A DNA stretch of 64,000 bases, taken from Burkholderiales bacterium. GTDB lineage: Bacteria; Pseudomonadota; Gammaproteobacteria; Burkholderiales; SG8-41. The notes beneath the pieces were generated by a model that worked only from the letters and a program-made list of their open reading frames with translations, had not been told where the DNA came from and searched no databases. A program made the translations under genes and the position numbers. The stretch covers positions 18,027 through 82,026 of the forward strand of contig JADZGE010000076.1 of assembly GCA_020854035.1 (NCBI GenBank), written 5' to 3'. Below are positions 58,353-64,000 of this stretch, one piece after another; positions within the stretch are counted from its first letter, which is position 1; each line of letters opens with the position of its first letter.

Positions 58353-59915
58353 ATGTACTACAGTCACTTCGGCCTGAACCAAGCGCCGTTCAAGATCACG
58401 CCCAACACCGAGTTCTTCTTTGCCGGGGGCAACCGGGGCCCCGTCCTCGAGGCGCTGGTGTACGCCGTCACCCACGGCGAAGGCATCGTCAAGGTGACCG
58501 GAGAGGTGGGCAGCGGCAAGACCATGCTCTGCCACATGCTGCAGGCGCGACTGCCCGCCCACGTCGACACCGTCTACATCGCCAATCCCAGCGTGTCACC
58601 GGACGAGATCCTGCGCGCGATCGCGTTCGAGCTGCAGGTTCCCGTCGGCCGGGACGCGCCGCGGATCGAGGTGATGCAGGCGCTGCAGGAAGTGCTGGTG
58701 AATCGCTACGCGGCGGGCAGACGCGTCGTCGTCTTCATCGAGGAGTCGCAGAGCATGCCGCTCGCGACGCTGGAGGAGGTGCGGCTTCTCTCCAACCTGG
58801 AAACCAGCAGCGACAAGCTCCTGCAGATCGTGCTCTTCGGCCAGCCCGAGCTCGACGAGAATCTCCGGCAGCCGAACATCAGGCAGTTGCGCGAGCGCAT
58901 CACCCACAGTTTCCGGCTCGAGCCGCTCGCCGCGCCCGAGATCCACGAGTACCTCATGTTTCGCCTGCGCACCGCCGGTTATCGCGGGCCGGATCTCTTT
59001 CCGCGGGGAGTGGTGCGCCGCATCGCCGCAGCGTCCGAGGGGCTCTCGCGGCGCGTGAACCTCATCGCGGACAAGGCGCTGCTCGTGGCGTTCTCGGAGA
59101 ACACGCACACCATCAAGCCGAGGCACATCGATGCGGCGGTGCGGGATAGCGAGTTCAGTCAGCGAATCGCGCGCAAACCGGGAGTCCGGTTCGCGTGGGG
59201 CGTGGGATGGCTCGTGGCGGGGGTGGCGCTGGGGATTACGGCGTACGCGCTCGTGCAGCAAGGCAGACCCGCCCCGCAGCCGGTCGCCATCGGTGGCCCG
59301 GGCGCAATGCCAAGCACCTATGCCGAAAAGGAAATTGTGAAAACCCTGGCGCCAGCGGCGCCGTCAGCCGAGGCTCGTTCCCGTGCCTTGTCGCCCGTGC
59401 CTCCACCACCAGCAGCGCCAGCGATGACCGCGCCCGCGCACCCCGTGGTTGCGGCGCCGCAGGTGCCCGCGCCGCCCGCCCCGGCGGCTGTGCTCGACCA
59501 GCCTCCTGCTGCACCGCAACCAAAGGCATGGCCGAGCGGCAATGCTGCGACTGCCGACATGCTGCAAGCGAGGATCGCCGCCACGCATGACTGGCTCGCC
59601 GACCAGGCGCCCGGCACCTACAGCATTCAACTCCTTGGTAGCGAAAATGCCGAACAGCTCAGGCGACACCTTAATGTTATAGCAAAGAGCATTGAAATAA
59701 ATAAGATTTTCGTTTATCGTACCGTTGCAAAGGAAAAGCCGTCGCTCACTGTCCTCTACGGCAGCTTCGACGACCATGGAGCCGCGAAGGAGGCGCTGCG
59801 ATCGCTGCCGGCATCGTTGAAGGCGTATCGGCCGATCCTGCGAACGGTTCAGGGGATACAAGGCGAGATCAAGCGGCACGAGAGTTCGGCGCAGCACGGT
59901 CGGCCGACTTCATAG
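58353..59915 (+). CDS. mshM: ExeA/MshM-type AAA ATPase fused to a C-terminal DamX-like SPOR domain
   Basis: MYYSHFGLNQAPFKITPNTEFFF..., Walker A GEVGSGKT, then a TM segment, a Pro/Ala-rich linker, and YSIQLLGSENAEQLRRHL...VLYGSFDDHGAAKEALRSLPASLKAYRPILRTVQGIQ (SPOR pattern). Confidence 0.8.
   Translation: MYYSHFGLNQAPFKITPNTEFFFAGGNRGPVLEALVYAVTHGEGIVKVTGEVGSGKTMLCHMLQARLPAHVDTVYIANPSVSPDEILRAIAFELQVPVGRDAPRIEVMQALQEVLVNRYAAGRRVVVFIEESQSMPLATLEEVRLLSNLETSSDKLLQIVLFGQPELDENLRQPNIRQLRERITHSFRLEPLAAPEIHEYLMFRLRTAGYRGPDLFPRGVVRRIAAASEGLSRRVNLIADKALLVAFSENTHTIKPRHIDAAVRDSEFSQRIARKPGVRFAWGVGWLVAGVALGITAYALVQQGRPAPQPVAIGGPGAMPSTYAEKEIVKTLAPAAPSAEARSRALSPVPPPPAAPAMTAPAHPVVAAPQVPAPPAPAAVLDQPPAAPQPKAWPSGNAATADMLQARIAATHDWLADQAPGTYSIQLLGSENAEQLRRHLNVIAKSIEINKIFVYRTVAKEKPSLTVLYGSFDDHGAAKEALRSLPASLKAYRPILRTVQGIQGEIKRHESSAQHGRPTS
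59692..59720 (+). promoter_or_regulatory. sigma70-like promoter hexamers inside the mshM 3' region
   Basis: TTGAAA (59692-59697), 17 nt, then TATCGT (59715-59720), inside a 50-nt patch of about 24% GC, about 245 nt upstream of mshL. Confidence 0.25.
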
Positions 59916-59962
59916 TCCACGTGCGGCGTCGCGCGCCGGGATATCCGAAAAGGAATTGAAGC

Positions 59963-61897
59963 ATGCGAACAAGAGCGGCTGCCGGAAACTTCGCCGCGTG
60001 CGCGCCGGATCCTGCGCCAGGAGGACGGGCGCGGGGCCATAGCGGGCTCTCGGCCGCACTCGCCCTCGCCGCGCTGGTCGCGGGCTGCACGCCGTACCGC
60101 CCGTTCGTCCCAACCTCCGAAGGTCACATCGATACCCGGGAAAGCAGGACCGAGCCCGACCGGGCGATCCCGCCGCCGGTACGCGCGGCGCCGTTCGTGC
60201 CGCCGCCGAAGCCCAAGGTGTCGCCCCAGACCTACAGCGTCGTCGTGAACGAGGTGCCGGTGAAGGAGCTGCTGCTCGCGCTCGCGCGCGACACGAAGCA
60301 GAACATCGACATCCACCCGTCGCTCGCCGGCCTGGTGAGCTTGAACGCGATCAACGAATCGCTGCCCGCGATACTCGAGCGCATCTCCAGGCAGGTCAAC
60401 ATGCGCTACCGCACGGAGGGCACCACGATCGTGGTCTCGCCCGACACGCCGTACGTGAAGACCTACCGGGTCGGTTACGTCAACATGGTGAGAGACGTGA
60501 GCTCGACCATAGGCGTGTCGGGTGAAATCGTGGCGAGCGGAGGGGGGGCCGGCGGATCGACGGGGGCGGCCGGTGGTGGTGGCGGCGGCGGCGCCGGCAC
60601 GAGTGGCGCGAGCACCGTCGTGCGCACGACGCTCAAGAACGATTTCTGGGTGGAGCTGCGCGAGAACCTGCGCGCCATACTCAATTCCACGCGCCTGCAG
60701 AGCCTCTCCGCCGAGGCCAAGGCCGAACGCCTCGCCATGGTGAAGCAGGAGCAGGAGCTTCGCGTGAAGCAGATGGAGGCGGCGAGCCGCGCCGGACAGG
60801 GCGCGCAGAATCTCGCCGCGTCGGTGATGAGCGGCACGGGCAACGCTTCCCCGCAGGCGTCGCTGCTGCCCGACGACGTGGTGGTGAACGCGGTGTCGGG
60901 AACGGTCACCGTCAACGCGACCGAACGACAGCACCGGCTGGTGCAGGCGCATATCGACAGTATCGTCAACGCGATGCAGCGCCAGGTCCTGATCGAGGCG
61001 ACGATCGTCGAGGTACAACTGTCGAACAACTACCAGGCGGGCATCGACTGGGGCCGCGTCTCCCAGAGCGGGGGCATTGCCTTCACGCAGGCCCTGCTCG
61101 GCAACAACCTCGCGACCGCGCCGTTTTTCGCCCTCTTCTTCAACCAGAACAACCAGCGCCAGGGCGACATCAACCTCACGGTGAAGCTCCTCGAGCAGTT
61201 CGGCAACACCCGCGTGCTCTCCAGCCCCAAGCTGATGGCGCTCAACAACCAGACGGCGTTGCTCAAGGTGGTCGACAACGTCGTGTACTTCGAGGTCCAG
61301 GCGCAGACCAGCCAGGCGCAGACGACCGCCCTCACGACGGTCAACACGACCGCGAAGACGGTCGCGGTCGGGGTGGTGATGGGCGTCACGCCGCAGGTGA
61401 ACGAGGACGGGCGGGTCGCGCTGACCGTGCGCCCGACGATCACCCGCCTGAACCCGAACCAGCCGTTCGTGAACGACCCGAACCCGAGCCTCTGCGACAA
61501 CAACCGGCAGAACTGTCTCCAGAACAGGGTGCCGCAAATCCAGGTCCGGGAAATGGAGTCCGTGCTGCAGGTCGGCAACGGGCAGGCCGTGATCTTGGGC
61601 GGGCTCATGCAGGACGACGTGCGCCGCAACCGGGACCAGGTGCCCTTCGTCGGCAACGAACCGACCTTCGGGGACATCTTTTCGCTCCGGAACGAGCAGG
61701 TCACGAAGTCCGAGCTGGTGATCTTCCTGCGCACGACCATCGTCAACAATCCGTCCCTGCGAAGTGATGAATTGAGGCCGTTGCAGCGCTTCCTGCCGCA
61801 ACCCGAAACGGCCCCGGACTTGAGCCAGGTGCCGCCCTATTTCCGGGCGCCGGACCAGCAACCCCCGAGGACGGCGGCCCCGGCGAGCGCGCAATGA
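59963..61897 (+). CDS. mshL: MSHA-type pilus biogenesis secretin MshL (GspD/PilQ superfamily lipoprotein)
   Basis: Lipobox LVAGC. Secretin core (VLIEATIVEV, GNTRVLSSPKLMALNNQTALLKV, VPFVGNEPTFGDIFS...ELVIFL). Confidence 0.85.
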   Translation: MRTRAAAGNFAACAPDPAPGGRARGHSGLSAALALAALVAGCTPYRPFVPTSEGHIDTRESRTEPDRAIPPPVRAAPFVPPPKPKVSPQTYSVVVNEVPVKELLLALARDTKQNIDIHPSLAGLVSLNAINESLPAILERISRQVNMRYRTEGTTIVVSPDTPYVKTYRVGYVNMVRDVSSTIGVSGEIVASGGGAGGSTGAAGGGGGGGAGTSGASTVVRTTLKNDFWVELRENLRAILNSTRLQSLSAEAKAERLAMVKQEQELRVKQMEAASRAGQGAQNLAASVMSGTGNASPQASLLPDDVVVNAVSGTVTVNATERQHRLVQAHIDSIVNAMQRQVLIEATIVEVQLSNNYQAGIDWGRVSQSGGIAFTQALLGNNLATAPFFALFFNQNNQRQGDINLTVKLLEQFGNTRVLSSPKLMALNNQTALLKVVDNVVYFEVQAQTSQAQTTALTTVNTTAKTVAVGVVMGVTPQVNEDGRVALTVRPTITRLNPNQPFVNDPNPSLCDNNRQNCLQNRVPQIQVREMESVLQVGNGQAVILGGLMQDDVRRNRDQVPFVGNEPTFGDIFSLRNEQVTKSELVIFLRTTIVNNPSLRSDELRPLQRFLPQPETAPDLSQVPPYFRAPDQQPPRTAAPASAQ

Positions 61898-63222
61898 GCC
61901 TGCTCATGAAGGCCTTGGAAAAGGCCGCCAAGGACCGCGTGGAAGCGCACGCGGAGCCGGCAACGCTTCCGGGCGGGCCGGCCGCCGCGCAACCGGCTCC
62001 GGCGACGATGCCGCCGAGCGCCGCGCCGGCGCGGGCCGAACTCTCGCTCGAGCCGATCACCGCGGAGCCCGCCGCGGCACCCGCGCCGCGCGCCGCGGCG
62101 CCGGCTGCGCGCCCCACCACCACGCCGCCACGCGGTGGCGCCGGCGCGACGCGCGGGGAGCAGGCTCAGGCCGCGTCAGTGGTGAGAGCGGGAGAAGCCG
62201 CGCCCGCCGGCGCGATCGCGTGGCTGCGCGCGCGGCCGGTGGTGGTGATCGGAATCCTCGGCGTGCTGATCGGCATCGGATACGGCACCTACGTCTACCT
62301 GCAGCTCTTCCATCCCTCGCTGTTCCTGCCGCAGCGGCCCATTGCACCCAAGGCGCCGCCGTCTCCCGTCGGCGCGGCGCCGGCGCCCGGTAGTCCGGCG
62401 CCGGTCGCGGCCGCGCCCGCTCCTGCCGCGGGCACGGGCGCAGGCGCGGCGCCGGGCGCAGCGCCCACGCCGGGCGCCCCGCTGCCGACGAGCGCCGTCG
62501 TGCAGCAGGCGGAGGCACCGGACTTCGCGCCTCCACCGCCGCCCGCGCCACCGCGTCCCCCCGAGAAGCCCGCGGCGGAACCGCCACCACCGCCGCCGCC
62601 CGCGCCGCGCGACACGATCAAGGTGAGCCGCGGTTCCAGCGAAGCGAGCGTGCCGCCGCTGCTCGCGGAAGGTTACACGGCCCTGCAGGCAGGCCGGACG
62701 GAGGAGGCCGCGCGTGCCTACGCAAACCTGCTGCGGGCCGAGCCGCGCAATATCGACGCCCTGCTCGGCCTTGCCGCGCTCGCCGTGAACGGCGGCAGGA
62801 ACGAGGAGGCGGCGCGCCACTACGGGCAGGTGTTGGAACTGGATCCCCGCAATGCGCTCGCGCAGGCGGGGTTGATCGCGCTCTCCGGGCGCGCCGATCC
62901 CCTGGCCGCCGAATCACGCTTGAAGCAGCTGATCGTGGCCGAGCCCTCGGCCTTCCTCTATTTCACGCTCGGCAACCTTTACGCGGACCAGTCGAACTGG
63001 GCACAGGCGCAGCACGCCTACTTCCAGGCGCACCACCTCGAACCCGACAACGCGGACTACGCCTACAACCTGGCCGTCGGCCTGGACCACGTCGGCCAGC
63101 CCCGTCTCGCGCTCGGCTTCTACCGCCGCGCGGTCGAGCTGGCGGGCGGGAAGGGGGCCGCCCGTTTCGATCTCGCGCAAGCCCGCGAACGCATCGGCAA
63201 GCTTGCCCCGCGGGTAGAATAG
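61894..63222 (+). CDS. mshN: MshN-like TPR-repeat protein
   Basis: MSLLMKALEKAAKDR start, one TM segment, Pro/Ala-rich linker, C-terminal TPR repeats. ATGA overlap with mshL. Confidence 0.65.
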   Translation: MSLLMKALEKAAKDRVEAHAEPATLPGGPAAAQPAPATMPPSAAPARAELSLEPITAEPAAAPAPRAAAPAARPTTTPPRGGAGATRGEQAQAASVVRAGEAAPAGAIAWLRARPVVVIGILGVLIGIGYGTYVYLQLFHPSLFLPQRPIAPKAPPSPVGAAPAPGSPAPVAAAPAPAAGTGAGAAPGAAPTPGAPLPTSAVVQQAEAPDFAPPPPPAPPRPPEKPAAEPPPPPPPAPRDTIKVSRGSSEASVPPLLAEGYTALQAGRTEEAARAYANLLRAEPRNIDALLGLAALAVNGGRNEEAARHYGQVLELDPRNALAQAGLIALSGRADPLAAESRLKQLIVAEPSAFLYFTLGNLYADQSNWAQAQHAYFQAHHLEPDNADYAYNLAVGLDHVGQPRLALGFYRRAVELAGGKGAARFDLAQARERIGKLAPRVE

Positions 63223-63260
63223 CCGGCCGGGGCGCCGCTTCGAGGGGGCCCCATGCCTGC

Positions 63261-64000
63261 ATGGCCGAACAACGGAAGAAACTCCGACTGGGAGAGCTGC
63301 TCGTGCAGCAGGGGCTGATCACGACCGATCAGCTGTCCATCGCGCTCGCCGAGCAGCGGCACAACAACGTGCCGATCGGCCGCCTGCTGGTGCGCCTGGG
63401 CTTCGTCACGGAGAGCGCCATCCGCGACATCATGGCGCGCACGATCGGCCAGGAGTCGATCGACCTCGCGCAGGTGGTGGCGGACTCGGAAGCGCTCGGC
63501 ATGGTGCCGCAGGACTTCGCGCGCCGCAATCGCGTGCTGCCGATCGCGTTCGATCCGCTGGAGCACGTGCTGACGATCGCCACCACGGAGATCTTCAACG
63601 TGGTCGCGATGGACCAGCTGCGGGCGTTGATCGGGCCGCAGGTCGAGATCAAGACGGCGCTCGCGAGCGAGGCCCAGCTCGGCGACTACATCGACCAGTT
63701 CTACGGTTACGAACTGTCGGTCGACGGCATCCTCAAGGAAATCGAGACCGGCGAGATCGACTACGAAAGCCTGCAGGTCGGGGGCGACGAGTACACGCAG
63801 CCGATGGTGCGGCTGGTGAACGCGCTCCTGGTGGACGCGGTCAAGCGCGGCGCCTCCGACATCCACTTCGAGCCCGAGTACGCGTTTCTGCGCATCCGCT
63901 ACCGCATCGACGGGGTGCTGGAGACCGTGCGCAGCCTCCACAAGACCTATCTTGCGGGCCTCACGGTGCGGGTCAAGGTGGTGAGCAACATGAACATCGC
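63261..64000 (+). CDS. mshE: GspE/PilB-family secretion ATPase with MshEN N-terminal domain (3' end outside window)
   Basis: Not in the ORF track because there is no stop in the window. ATG 63261; my translation reads MAEQRKKLRLGELLVQQGLITTDQLSIALAEQRHNNVPIGRLLVRLGFVTESAIRDIMA..., then a T2SSE N-domain (…VRLVNALLVDAVKRGASDIHFEP…). Confidence 0.85.
   Translation, partial: MAEQRKKLRLGELLVQQGLITTDQLSIALAEQRHNNVPIGRLLVRLGFVTESAIRDIMARTIGQESIDLAQVVADSEALGMVPQDFARRNRVLPIAFDPLEHVLTIATTEIFNVVAMDQLRALIGPQVEIKTALASEAQLGDYIDQFYGYELSVDGILKEIETGEIDYESLQVGGDEYTQPMVRLVNALLVDAVKRGASDIHFEPEYAFLRIRYRIDGVLETVRSLHKTYLAGLTVRVKVVSNMNI

Overview
High-GC (about 65-70% by hand counts) chromosome segment of betaproteobacterial, Burkholderiales-like character. 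This call rests on four Bug/TctC-type periplasmic binding proteins and on the conserved block mlaFEDCB - bolA-like - murA - hisGDCBHAFIE - tatABC - degS-like - petABC - sspAB - tRNA-Thr. The core block spans about 35.3-56.6 kb, all on the minus strand except the protease gene. At 56.7-64.0 kb lies a sigma54-type response regulator followed by an MSHA-type pilus/secretin cluster: an ExeA/MshM ATPase fused to a SPOR domain, the MshL secretin, an MshN-like TPR protein, and an MshE ATPase that runs off the window. The left 35 kb is accessory or metabolic. It holds a 2367-aa TpsA-type (filamentous-haemagglutinin-like) exoprotein with no TpsB partner in the window, and a 4-gene operon of two paralogous double-hotdog proteins plus a thiolase-fold protein without the nucleophile cysteine plus a DUF35 protein. 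It also holds LysR/Bug/maleate-isomerase-like and Bug/hydantoinase-BA/crotonase modules, a roughly 2.3-kb lower-GC stretch of broken genes and decaying toxin-antitoxin pairs (26.16-28.51 kb), and an ABC-2/GldG/DUF4340 transporter cluster. I saw no rRNA, CRISPR array, transposase or integrase. All protein calls are by-eye motif and family recognition on the supplied ORF translations. Start codons are often uncertain because high GC produces long spurious ORFs in every frame. The best candidates for something undescribed are the hotdog/Cys-less thiolase/DUF35 operon, the orphan giant TpsA, the SPOR-fused MshM cluster with an AT-rich intragenic promoter-like patch, and a family of palindromic intergenic repeats, one copy of which supplies the last codons and stop of hisD.
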